64,000 nt of DNA, taken from positions 64,001 through 128,000 of the forward strand of contig CAVRJG010000039.1 in assembly GCA_963721455.1 (NCBI GenBank), in the 5' to 3' direction. The translations under genes and the position numbers were made by a program. The notes beneath the pieces are model-generated. The model had not been told where the DNA came from. It was given only the letters and a program-made list of their open reading frames with translations, and did not search any database. Positions within the stretch are counted from its first letter, which is position 1. Every line of letters starts with the position of its first letter. The DNA is from an uncultured Methanosarcinaceae archaeon (GTDB lineage Archaea > Halobacteriota > Methanosarcinia > Methanosarcinales > Methanosarcinaceae). Of the stretch, positions 10,150 through 19,524 are shown piece after piece.

Positions 10150-10298
10150 GGCTACCCTGGCAAAAACTCTATTTCTTTTTTATCATGCACGCTGACATAA
10201 GTCGTTTCTCTACTTTTTATTACTTTTTTATCTGTATTATATTTACACTTCAATTTTCAACTTATCCTGCTTCTTTAGTTCTCCGGACCTAAACTTTT

Positions 10299-10949
10299 TT
10301 AAATAAACCACTGATAATGGTTCTGGCGGATCATCCAGAGCCCGACCAGGATGAGCACTATTCCCGCTCCTTTTTTGAAAACCACATCCCACTTTGATAT
10401 AAACCGAATTTTTGAGGATGAATAGTGGGCTGAGTATGCTAAAAAGAGCATTGGCATCGCAAATCCAAGCGAATAAATTGAGAGAGTAAGTGCTCCCGTA
10501 GTAGCATTTCCTTCCAGAGCTACCATGGTCAGGATCGAGCCTAGAATTGGTCCTACACAAGGGATCCAGAGAACACCGAGGGAAAGGCCAAGCAAGAAGC
10601 CTGAAACAGGTCCTTCGTCATTCATTTTTCCCAGAAGGGGAAACTTCGAAAATGAATTGAAAAGGCTTATATCAAAGAGTAGTGCGAAGCCCAGTATGAG
10701 AATCAAGATTTCTGCCAGAATCTTCAGCTGACCTGTGTACGTATGGAAAACTGCCCCAAAGGCAGAGGTTACCACTCCCATTACAGTGAAGGATATCGAG
10801 ACTCCAAGCACTATCGCAAGAGGTCTAAACTTGCTTTTTCCTGCGGATGTTGCCAGGACAGCAGGCAGAAGAGGAAGGATGCAGGGGGACAGGACACTGA
10901 GAATTCCTGCTCCAAATGCAGCCACCGGGGAAATAGCTTCATAATACAT
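10299..10949 (-). CDS. ccdA: CcdA (DsbD-beta type) membrane disulfide-transfer protein
   Basis: LSPCILPLLP and WIPCVGPILG motifs, 6 TM helices; downstream of thioredoxin. Confidence 0.9.
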   Translation of the reverse strand: MYYEAISPVAAFGAGILSVLSPCILPLLPAVLATSAGKSKFRPLAIVLGVSISFTVMGVVTSAFGAVFHTYTGQLKILAEILILILGFALLFDISLFNSFSKFPLLGKMNDEGPVSGFLLGLSLGVLWIPCVGPILGSILTMVALEGNATTGALTLSIYSLGFAMPMLFLAYSAHYSSSKIRFISKWDVVFKKGAGIVLILVGLWMIRQNHYQWFI

Positions 10950-11089
10950 GGTTCTTCGGATTTGTTGTTTTTAAGTTTGTTTTTATACAGTGCGGTTTTT
11001 ACCGGATCTTTGTTTCTACAGTTGCCGGAAACCTTGACTTTAAGTGTATATGGGTTCTGAAGATAAGTCTGGTCACAGGCTTCTTTTCA

Positions 11090-11593
11090 TTAAGATTTGT
11101 CTTTCTCCGCCTGGAGAAGGGCGAGATTCAGAACATCTTCAAATACGCCTTTTTCCGTGAGGCCGGTAATCCTTGCCTTGAACCTATCTGTGGTAACGTT
11201 TCCGTCCGGCTTCATGTAGACATATTCTCCGTCTGTAACATTCATAATTACAGTTGAATCAGGGATATAGCCTATTCCGAAATAAACTGCAAGCTGGGGA
11301 CTCCTGTCTATGTCTACGGAGATAACCTTGGCTCTCCCTCCGTATTCTGTTGCCAGTTCTTGAAGCATGGGCTTCATATCCTTGCATGGTCCGCAGTTTT
11401 CAGACCCAATTTTCATAAGAACCGGCCCCTGCTGGAGGGATGCGTTTATCTGTTCAAGGTTGGTCACTTCAACAACACTACTTCCTTCCTGAATTGCCTG
11501 GGCATTTGTGGGATTTTCCTGACTTTTTTCAGTACAGCCCGCAGCAAAGACTACAGCTGCGAGGAGGATCAATAGTATAACTAATTTCTTCAT
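11090..11593 (-). CDS. Exported (lipoprotein-type) thioredoxin
   Basis: MKK-hydrophobic-AAGC lipobox-like signal; CGPC active site; cis-Pro motif YIP. Confidence 0.88.
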   Translation of the reverse strand: MKKLVILLILLAAVVFAAGCTEKSQENPTNAQAIQEGSSVVEVTNLEQINASLQQGPVLMKIGSENCGPCKDMKPMLQELATEYGGRAKVISVDIDRSPQLAVYFGIGYIPDSTVIMNVTDGEYVYMKPDGNVTTDRFKARITGLTEKGVFEDVLNLALLQAEKDKS

Positions 11594-11883
11594 GTTCTCA
11601 ACATTAATTTTTTATTTTGTAATTCTTTGCACATTATATGTTAATAATTCTCTCTTCTCACAAATAATTTTACTTTATGTTGATTCTGAAATCTTAATTC
11701 TGATGTAGAATTATCGATAAACCTCAAATAATTAACCGTAAAAAAGATAGATACATGTAAGTTTAAGAAATTCGACTTCGTATGAAAAAATATATTAAAA
11801 AAACTTTAAGCGACAGAATTATAAACAAAAATGTAAGAGAAAATATTAAAAAGTAGGGGAAAGAGAGTAGTATCTAATTAGTT

Positions 11884-12448
11884 CTAATAGCCGAGGTTGG
11901 CTAATTGAGGGAAAGTTAACAGATTGAGAATACTCTGGATAGAAGAAGCCATCAAAATAGTGGATTTTACAGGATCAAAATCATCTTTTACTGTCCCATC
12001 CGTTATTCCTTCACGAATAGCTTCTACCACCATACAGAAACTATCTGTTCTGATAGCTTTTAACTCAATCCCCTTCTCAGGAAAATCCATATCGCCCTGA
12101 TATCTGGGAGTACGGGCTCGCCATGTAATGACAAAGATACTTTTTATAGAATTCATAAAAAGCTAAAGTAAGCGATTTAAGTTTCTCGATCCCTGTCTTT
12201 TTTTCTGAGGAATATTCTTTCAGTATCGGATTGAATATTCTTGAGCTGCGAATAGCGATGGCAAGGTGTATGTTATCTTTAGTCTTGGAGTACAGATATA
12301 GTGTCGCTTTTGCCAGTTCTGCCTCCCTCGCTATATCCTCCATAGTGACATTTTCAGAGCCTCTGGAGAAGAAAAGTTTCTCGGCGGCGTCAATAATATC
12401 GTTGCGCCTTCTCTCCTTTTATCTCTCTTTTTTATCAGTGTTTGACAT
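11884..12448 (-). pseudogene. TetR/AcrR family regulator pseudogene
   Basis: MSNTDKKER*KERRRNDIIDAAEKLFF..VTMEDIAREAELAKATLYLY (HTH) with a TAA at codon 10 and a frameshift near 12100; the C-terminal part ..AIREGITDGTVKDD is in another frame. Confidence 0.85.
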
Positions 12449-12513
12449 ATATCGCTTTTTTGTGATGATGCTAGAATAAATTGAAATGTTAATTGATAAC
12501 ACAACGCCATTTC

Positions 12514-12530
12514 ACTGACATAACGTCAGT
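12514..12530. promoter_or_regulatory. Palindrome ACTGAC-N5-GTCAGT, candidate TetR operator
   Basis: Perfect 6-bp inverted repeat about 65 bp upstream of the TetR pseudogene start. Confidence 0.5.
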
Positions 12531-12774
12531 TATTATTTAATATATTTCACTTTATTCGAAAAAAAATTATGCAACTATCGGTAAATTGCATCAATATATG
12601 CATAAGATTCCTAAAAAGAAAATAGCTTGAATCATTAACTGCCTGAAAGAGAAAAAAGAAAAGGACTAAAAAGGTTTGTCAAGCCCTTAGTCTTAATCTG
12701 TTGGGTATAAAATTCAATACACAAAAGGCCAGATTTTCGGATTACTAAATCCTTTAAAAGCAATTATAATGCGC

Positions 12775-13347
12775 TTATTTTTCCATACTCATAGACGCAT
12801 ACTTGAAGTTAGACAGACTGGAATAGGAACTAATTCCAAGATCCAAGCCGTTTATATTCCCTGTGGATGTGGCCTCCCTAGAACTCGAACTGTCACTGCT
12901 CCTCCACGTGTAGTCGCCACCTTTTGAGCTAGAGGAATAGGAGCCTTTTGTAATATCTCCCGTACCAGTCCAGTCGGCCTCGACGGTCACAGTTTCCATT
13001 TCACCTGTATTCCAGTCATTGACATTAATCTCAACCTCAGACAGGCTTGCAGAATTGAGCTTTTTATCTATGCTGAAAACATCATCCTCTGTAAACATGT
13101 ATCCCCACTTCTCTGACCAATAATCTGGTCCATAGGTATAGGTATCCAGGTAAATATCAGTCCCATCATTAGTCTCAGTTACAGATAGGTATGTAGTGGT
13201 AGTTATATCGCCGTTCGTGTCAGTCCAGTCTGTAGATGCAGATGCACCGTTGTGCCGCTCCATTGTTTTAGATTCAAGCGCTTGTGCACCCATAGCCATT
13301 GAAAGCAAGACTGCAAGAGCAAATATTATTGCAAATGATTTTCTCAT
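12775..13347 (-). CDS. Secreted Ser/Thr/Asp-rich hypothetical protein (probably beta-rich)
   Basis: Sec-type signal peptide MRKSFAII..AQA; AGGAG RBS; a degenerate paralog lies next to it. Confidence 0.8.
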   Translation of the reverse strand: MRKSFAIIFALAVLLSMAMGAQALESKTMERHNGASASTDWTDTNGDITTTTYLSVTETNDGTDIYLDTYTYGPDYWSEKWGYMFTEDDVFSIDKKLNSASLSEVEINVNDWNTGEMETVTVEADWTGTGDITKGSYSSSSKGGDYTWRSSDSSSSREATSTGNINGLDLGISSYSSLSNFKYASMSMEK

Positions 13348-13725
13348 TGTATATCTCCTTGAAATAATAATATTTTAATTAATATATGCAGGCATAATTT
13401 CCTTAAAATAAAAGTTGCATATATTGGGGGTTGTTGGCTGCTAGAAGCCCAATCTAAATTGGTATAAAAGTATAAAAAGACTATGTAAATATATTTCAAC
13501 TGTAAAATAAAAATCATTCTAAAAAACTTTAAATAAAAAATTAAAATAATAAAATAGTTGTCAGCAAAAGTAGGGTTGGAAAACGACTTTATAAAAAATC
13601 CTCTTTAGATGACATTCTACTTGAACTGAAATCACACTCCTGAGTTTGGGATTCAAGTAGATACCTTGGATAAGTTTGAGATTTCTACAAAGCCGAAGAC
13701 TTAGCATTTAAAAAACCTTATTCAT

Positions 13726-14150
13726 TTATTTTCCATATTTGAATAAATAGATTGCGAAGAAGACATCAGGCATACGAACTTATTCCAAGATCGGAGTTGT
13801 TTATACTCCTGTGGCTGAAGCCTGTTTGTGACTGAATGCTACTCTTCGAGACATAATCACCATGTGTTGAACTGGATTTAAATGACCCGTTGAGACATCG
13901 CCCTCACCCGTACAGTCAGCTTTGACAGTCACGATCTCTGTTTCACGCATATAGTATTGACATCAATCTCGACCTCAGAAAGGCTTGCAGAATTGAGCTT
14001 TTTATCTACCTTAAAAACACTATCCTTGTGAACGTAGCTGACTTCGAGTAAATATTTTAGCAGAAGTTCTGAGAGTTTCATACGTAATGTCGAAAGACTT
14101 TAGTCCATCATCGGTTTCAGTTACAGATAGATAGTTATTGTTTATTTTTC
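13726..14150 (-). pseudogene. Degenerate, 5'-truncated paralog of 12775..13347
   Basis: Minus-strand fragments YLSVTETDDG, VFKVDKKLNSASLSEVEIDVN, ETEIVTVKADCTGEGD and DLGISSY match the intact neighbour, with frameshifts and stops. Confidence 0.85.
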
Positions 14151-14205
14151 CAGCTTGAATAAGTAGATTCAGAAGAAGACACCGAGGCATACGAACTTAT
14201 TCCAA
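13739..14205. repeat. About 50-bp imperfect direct repeat (13739-13788 and 14155-14205) bracketing the pseudogene
   Basis: TTGAATAA(A/G)TAGATT..GAAGAAGACA..AGGCATACGAACTTATTCCAA occurs at both positions. Confidence 0.85.
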
Positions 14206-14271
14206 AAAATCAGAATAAAGCTGAAAATACAAACTGAGGCCAGGGTAAAGAAAGGAAAATTGGAGAAAGTA

Positions 14272-15003
14272 TTATTCTTCACTTTCTCTTGCGATTGCAA
14301 CAAGCTCATTTACGCATGCAACTGCCATCGGGGTTCCGCCTCTTGTCCCGACACAGCTAATAGAGGGTACAGGAATTTTCAGGTTTCTGACCATTTCCCT
14401 GGATTCGGCTGCATTTACGAAACCTACAGGAAGCCCGATAATAAGGGCTGGCCTTACACCTTTTTCAATCAGTTTGCAGACCATGATGAGAGCAGAAGGT
14501 GCATTCCCGATTGCAATAATGCTCCCATCGAGCTGATCACGGGCAGCCAGGAAACCTGCTGATGTGCGGGTAATTCCGTATTCGCCGGCGATTTCGGCAT
14601 TCGGGTCTTCATCGAGCACGCAAATAATTTCGGATTTGTGCCCTGCCTTTGTAATCCCGGCTTTTACCATGTTGATATCCACGAAGATAGGTGCGCCTTT
14701 TTTAATCGCTTCCACGCCTGCTGGAATGGGATCATGCAGAAAACGCATGATATCTGCCACGGAAAGGTCTCCGGTAGCAATAACGCAGCGCTGGCGGAAG
14801 CGGTCTTCAGGCGTTTTGTTCCCGATAAGCTCCTGGATCATTGTCCGGCTTTTCATGTAGATAGCTTTGGCTTCTTCGGTCCTTGCCCCGGAATCCTTGC
14901 AGATTTTTACAAGTTCGGGATCAACGTCCACAGTCAGCTCGGTAAATTCCTCAAGGTTCTCAAGGTTTCCGGCCTTCTCATTAGCGCTCTTTTCAGTAGT
15001 CAT
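14272..15003 (-). CDS. cbiC: Cobalt-precorrin-8 methylmutase
   Basis: ITRTSAG, AIGNAPSAL, GLPVGFVNAAES, GTRGGT; last gene of the cbi operon. Confidence 0.92.
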   Translation of the reverse strand: MTTEKSANEKAGNLENLEEFTELTVDVDPELVKICKDSGARTEEAKAIYMKSRTMIQELIGNKTPEDRFRQRCVIATGDLSVADIMRFLHDPIPAGVEAIKKGAPIFVDINMVKAGITKAGHKSEIICVLDEDPNAEIAGEYGITRTSAGFLAARDQLDGSIIAIGNAPSALIMVCKLIEKGVRPALIIGLPVGFVNAAESREMVRNLKIPVPSISCVGTRGGTPMAVACVNELVAIARESEE

Positions 15004-15793
15004 ACTTCCTGTGATACCCCCTGGGAGTGATTATAAAATCCTTCTTTTGAGAATTCCAGATTCTGGAATCTCCATTTCCAACAAGAATCGTGGTGCTCAT
15101 ATCCACCCAGTCTTCGTATTCCATGACCTTTCCAAGAGTTGTTACAATCCTGCCCTCGCCTTCTCCCCTGAGAGCGTTCTTCACAAGCCCTACGGGCACG
15201 GATTCAGCCTTGTACTGGCGAATGATTTCGATAGCTCTTGAAAAGTTAGACTGTCTCTTGCGGCTCTTCGGATTGTAGAGAGCCATCACGAAATCGGCTT
15301 CTGCAGCAAGATTAAGCCGTTTTTCAATGACTTCCCATGGAGTCAGGAGGTCACTGAGGCTGATCACTGCAAAATCCGTTACAACAGGTGCGCCGAGCAT
15401 ACTTGCGCCGGCTAGAATTGCCGTGACACCGGGAAGAATCTCTATATCAACTTCAAGGCTTTCGTGTTCAGCAACCTCGAGTACAATACCTGCCATGCCG
15501 TAGACATTGGTATCACCGCCGCTGACCATGACAACATTTGCGACTTTTGCAAGTTCCACAGCCTTCCTGGCCCTGTCCACCTCCTTACCCATGTAGCTGC
15601 GGATTACTTCCTGAGTTCCGAGGAGACTCTCTATCTGGTCCAGGTAAGTACCGTTCCCGAGCACGTAATCGGCATTAAGGATTACATCCCTGGCTTTAAC
15701 CGTCATCTGTTCCACAGACCCCGGCCCTATCCCTACGATGTAGAGTTTTCCTCCGGTTGCCTTATCTTGCGATTGCGATTGTGACTCTGCCAT
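14993..15793 (-). CDS. cbiH: Cobalt-precorrin-3B C17-methyltransferase
   Basis: VGIGPG, SGGD..VYGMAG, ISLSDLLTPWE, LYNPKSRKR, ITPRGY. Confidence 0.93.
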   Translation of the reverse strand: MAESQSQSQDKATGGKLYIVGIGPGSVEQMTVKARDVILNADYVLGNGTYLDQIESLLGTQEVIRSYMGKEVDRARKAVELAKVANVVMVSGGDTNVYGMAGIVLEVAEHESLEVDIEILPGVTAILAGASMLGAPVVTDFAVISLSDLLTPWEVIEKRLNLAAEADFVMALYNPKSRKRQSNFSRAIEIIRQYKAESVPVGLVKNALRGEGEGRIVTTLGKVMEYEDWVDMSTTILVGNGDSRIWNSQKKDFIITPRGYHRKYDY

Positions 15794-16115
15794 AGACTTT
15801 CTTCCTGCAAATCAATTGTTTTTCTTCAGAGAGGGCAAGAGCTGCCGGTTCTGCAACTCCTTTTAGTCCGAAGCGGGAAGCCTGGGATGATGAAGGGGGA
15901 TTGTAACTGTTTATCAGCTCATCCGGCAAAAAGTCTACCGGAATGCCAAGCATCTCTCCCGCTTCCAGAAGCCCCAGTTCATTTTCCTTAAGTTTCGCAG
16001 ACGCAAAAGCCGTAACCTCTTCCAGGTTCAGGCCGCACTCATCGAGAGCCTGTTTCACGGCTTCGATGACCTCTTCTTTTGTAATGCCCCTGCGAGTTCC
16101 GATTCCAATGATCAT
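15762..16115 (-). CDS. cbiG: CbiG C-terminal domain protein (split cbiG)
   Basis: IGIGTRRG, K.NE.GL, GVAEPAAL, VTIAIAR. Confidence 0.85.
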   Translation of the reverse strand: MIIGIGTRRGITKEEVIEAVKQALDECGLNLEEVTAFASAKLKENELGLLEAGEMLGIPVDFLPDELINSYNPPSSSQASRFGLKGVAEPAALALSEEKQLICRKKVYGRVTIAIAR

Positions 16116-16197
16116 CTGTTATCGTCTGTCCGCTGATTTTTCATGCAGTTACTGACCGGTTAATTCGCGTAATGCAGATCAGTTAATTATTGGCTTA

Positions 16198-16767
16198 TTA
16201 CCGGTTAGCTGTGCTGCTGTCTTTCACTTCTGCTGTTTCCTGCCGCTTTCTTACCAGCACGGATACATCTTCATCCACAACAACGATCCTGGGCCCCTTA
16301 ACCTCAAGAACCTCTATTTCCTGGTCAAGGAGTGCACAGTTTACAGCTACAGTGGATTCTTTGTTGAAAATCTCGCAGCCTAACCTGTCGGCAATGCCCT
16401 CGACTGAGGGTTTACCATGAACTTCAGTCGCTGTCGTAAGCACGGGAACTGCTCCGAGTTCTGAAACCTTTCGAGCAACTTCATTTGCGCCGTGATGCCC
16501 CCCAAGGAGAGGGATTGCGAAGTTCAGGTTTGAATCCACCACGACCACCGCAGGGTCAGACCACTTATTATCGAGAAGAGGGGCAATGTCCCTGACCACA
16601 ATGCCTGTGGCGAAGACAGCAACTATTGCCCCATAATTTTTAAAAGCTTTTTCGAATACTCCCTTTTCATAGAGAAGCAGGTCGGCGTTCAGGTGTTCTG
16701 CGATTCTTGCCGCGATTTCCCGATTCCTTTCAAAGGTAATTACAACGGTTCCTGGGCCACTCCGTAT
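16198..16767 (-). CDS. cbiG: Cobalt-precorrin-5A hydrolase N-terminal part (split cbiG); probable non-canonical ATA start
   Basis: [36 protein letters not shown] motifs. The frame stays open upstream of the GTG at 16599 up to a TAA near 16791, with no ATG/GTG/TTG. GGAGGT lies 7 nt before the in-frame ATA at 16767. The start position is inferred. Confidence 0.8.
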   Translation of the reverse strand: MRSGPGTVVITFERNREIAARIAEHLNADLLLYEKGVFEKAFKNYGAIVAVFATGIVVRDIAPLLDNKWSDPAVVVVDSNLNFAIPLLGGHHGANEVARKVSELGAVPVLTTATEVHGKPSVEGIADRLGCEIFNKESTVAVNCALLDQEIEVLEVKGPRIVVVDEDVSVLVRKRQETAEVKDSSTANR

Positions 16768-17468
16768 AAGTAGGACCTCCTGTAGTTTTTAGGGTCAACG
16801 ACTCCACCGATAATTATCATTGCCGAGCGCGTAATTCCTGCATCCTTCACCTTGTCTGCGATATCTTCCACTGTCCCGGTGATGACTTCCTCATCTTCCC
16901 AGGAAGCGTGAAACACTACTGCAACAGGCGTATCTTTCGGGCAGCGGACTTTTTCCATAATTTCCCTGATTTTCTGGGTCCCAAGGAAAATTGCCATCGT
17001 AGTATTGTAGGCAGAAAGCTCGGGAATAAGGTCTTTTTCCAGGGTTTTTCCAGCAGGGCGGGTAATTATGAGAGTATCGGAAACGCCGTTGAGTGTGAGC
17101 TGGGTACCAAGAGCTGCTGCGCTTGCAAAAACCGATGAAACACCTGCTACTCTTTCAACTTCGATATCGTAATTCTTAAGTTCTTCCATCTGCTCTATGA
17201 CGGAACCGTAGAGAGACGGGTCTCCGCTGTGGAGGCGAACAACGAACTTTCCTGCGTCTACAGCATCCGCAATTATTTTAGTGGTCTCTTCGAGAGTCAA
17301 CCCATAGCTGTCTACTGTCTCTCCCTGCGTGTAATTAAGGACCTCGGGATTTACCAGAGAGCCTGCATACATTACAAGGTCGGCTTTTTCAAGCATCTCA
17401 CGCCCGAGCACGGTGATGAGTTTGGGGTTTCCCGGGCCTGCCCCTACAAAATATACTTTTCGTTCCAT
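16740..17468 (-). CDS. cbiF: Cobalt-precorrin-4 C11-methyltransferase
   Basis: [38 protein letters not shown]. Confidence 0.93.
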   Translation of the reverse strand: MERKVYFVGAGPGNPKLITVLGREMLEKADLVMYAGSLVNPEVLNYTQGETVDSYGLTLEETTKIIADAVDAGKFVVRLHSGDPSLYGSVIEQMEELKNYDIEVERVAGVSSVFASAAALGTQLTLNGVSDTLIITRPAGKTLEKDLIPELSAYNTTMAIFLGTQKIREIMEKVRCPKDTPVAVVFHASWEDEEVITGTVEDIADKVKDAGITRSAMIIIGGVVDPKNYRRSYLYGVAQEPL

Positions 17469-17541
17469 CTGAACATTCCCTTTGCCTGTATTTATTCCAA
17501 AATTATGTACTGATTCCCGCAGAATATTATTTGGAATGATT

Positions 17542-18150
17542 TCATTTCTTTCCGTAGATAATACTGAAATAGTTCCCTTTTTCCGGGATCTCTTCTTTCT
17601 TGCGGATTATAATTTCGTTGTCCGAAAAGAGTCTTTCTGCAAAGATGAATTCCCTGTATCCTTCAGCTTCAAGCTGTTTAACTATCGTTTTCGGGTGCGT
17701 AGCCTTCAGGTGAATCTTGTAGCCGACCTCGGAACCGTCACTGACCTCAAAAGAACTCTCAACTGCAACGTCGGTCCTGGCAGCAAAGGAGGTAATCGAA
17801 CTTATTCCAGGCACAGTTGCGAGCTCAACATCCGGATAGTGCTTGCGCATTACTTTTTTGAGATGGGAGAAAGTAGAGAAAAAGTTTGGGTCACCTATAA
17901 GCCCGAATGCTACAGTTCCCTTTCTCGCTTCTTCTGCTATCCTGTCAGCGTTTTCTTTCCAGAGAGCATTGAGAACTTCAATATCTCTTATCATGGGAAA
18001 CTCGAGGATTTCAGCGTCTGCGTAAGGAGCCACAAGATCTTTTGCCAGGCGGCCCGGCACATACACCTTATCACTGTTTTTCAAAACATCTACCGCTTTC
18101 AGGGTCAGAAGTTCAGGGTCTCCGGGACCAAGTCCTACTCCTATTAACAT
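17542..18150 (-). CDS. cbiL: Cobalt-factor II C20-methyltransferase
   Basis: [39 protein letters not shown]; start ATG 18150. Confidence 0.9.
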   Translation of the reverse strand: MLIGVGLGPGDPELLTLKAVDVLKNSDKVYVPGRLAKDLVAPYADAEILEFPMIRDIEVLNALWKENADRIAEEARKGTVAFGLIGDPNFFSTFSHLKKVMRKHYPDVELATVPGISSITSFAARTDVAVESSFEVSDGSEVGYKIHLKATHPKTIVKQLEAEGYREFIFAERLFSDNEIIIRKKEEIPEKGNYFSIIYGKK

Positions 18151-18212
18151 GCTATCGCTCCGTAAGTTTATAAAAATAAATGTAAAGCAAAATTTCAATT
18201 ATAAGATAATAT

Positions 18213-18767
18213 TCAGTTTTGCGTTTTTCCGACAACGATGTACACCGGGTTTTCGGGCTTGAACATAGTTTCTCCAGCAATTGGTGCACTTCTCGAAACC
18301 GAAATATGGACTACTTCATCAAAAATCCCGAGTCTTTTCATCGATTCAATTGTCCTGACAACTGTTTCGATACGGACGGCATTTACCACAATGCTCCGAG
18401 CTTTTTTCTTCACAAGCAGCTCAAGCACTGAACCGATATTTTTTGTCCCGCCGACAAAAGCACAGTCAATAAAATCGACAAAATCTCCAGAACCCAGGAT
18501 ATCCGAGGCCTCGCCAGCTAAAACCCGGGCATTTTCGATATTGAAATTTTTAAAGTTCGTCTCAGTGGCTCTCAGGGCTTCCTTGCGGGCATCTATTGCA
18601 TAGATCGTCAGGTTTCGGGCAATCCTGGATGCTTCGATAGATACCGATCCTGTACCGCAGCCTACGTCTGCAAACCGATCCCCATCTCGCAGCCCGAGTT
18701 TGGAAAGGGACACAGCAATGATTTCAGGTTTTGTAGGACCGCCGCTAACACTTACTATTTCGGACAT
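18213..18767 (-). CDS. cbiT: Cobalt-precorrin-6B C15-methyltransferase (decarboxylating)
   Basis: GPTKPEI, DVGCGTGSVSIE, FVGG, ENPVYI; GAGGT RBS. Confidence 0.9.
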   Translation of the reverse strand: MSEIVSVSGGPTKPEIIAVSLSKLGLRDGDRFADVGCGTGSVSIEASRIARNLTIYAIDARKEALRATETNFKNFNIENARVLAGEASDILGSGDFVDFIDCAFVGGTKNIGSVLELLVKKKARSIVVNAVRIETVVRTIESMKRLGIFDEVVHISVSRSAPIAGETMFKPENPVYIVVGKTQN

Positions 18768-19236
18768 GTTTTACCTCGGATAAAGTAAAGCAAATATATG
18801 AAATGTAAATTAAATATATGGCGATATAATTTTCAATTTTATTAAACCGGCAATATAGCAAGTAGAGCCGAAATTACGATATATTCAGGTGTAATTATAT
18901 AAGGTATATACAAAGATAATTGAAATTATATTTTTTGAATCAGCCCGATTATAAATATAACTTGTTATAGATATACCTTATTATCAGCAAGAAGGGCAGG
19001 ATAGGAAAGTAAACTTTCATGCGAATAAAGAGGAAATAGGGGAAATATCTACAAGAAAAGTTTGTACTGACTTTATACATCAACTTTCAGTAGGTCATTT
19101 TTTAAGAGGTATCCGAGAATTATTCCTGGAAGAAAAGGGAAGTGACGCCTCCTTTCAACCTTAATCCCCTAAAGAGAATAAATATATAAATGTAAAAATA
19201 CATTTTGTATTTTGAAAGAAAGAGATTTTAACTATA

Positions 19237-19330
19237 AGAACATATCATAACTTTATCATAGGCATATAAGGTAAAATGCCGTTTTAGAACATATCATAAC
19301 TTGATCATAGGCATAATAAGGTAAAATGCC
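19237..19330. repeat. About 44-bp direct repeat x2 (19237-19280, 19286-19330)
   Basis: AGAACATATCATAACTT(T/G)ATCATAGGCATA(A)TAAGGTAAAATGCC twice, in the cbiT / synthase divergent intergenic region. Confidence 0.9.
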
Positions 19331-19524
19331 TTTTTGAAGAAAAGCGATAAGTGCTCCCCCAAGAAGAGTGTTTTTTAAACAAGAAACCGAAGTTCTTCGG
19401 TTAAATACAACTGATTTTCTGACCTGTATACCTGAAAAATATATTTTTCACAGGAAAGCCCCCGCAGTGCAAGCCCGCTCTCTCTATGCAGGGCCCTGCC
19501 GCCTGAAAAAAAGGAGGAAAAGCG

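Noticed and set aside
18770-19520. Cobalamin riboswitch upstream of the cbi operon
   Set aside because: The region is AT-rich and no B12-box or conserved core could be recognised
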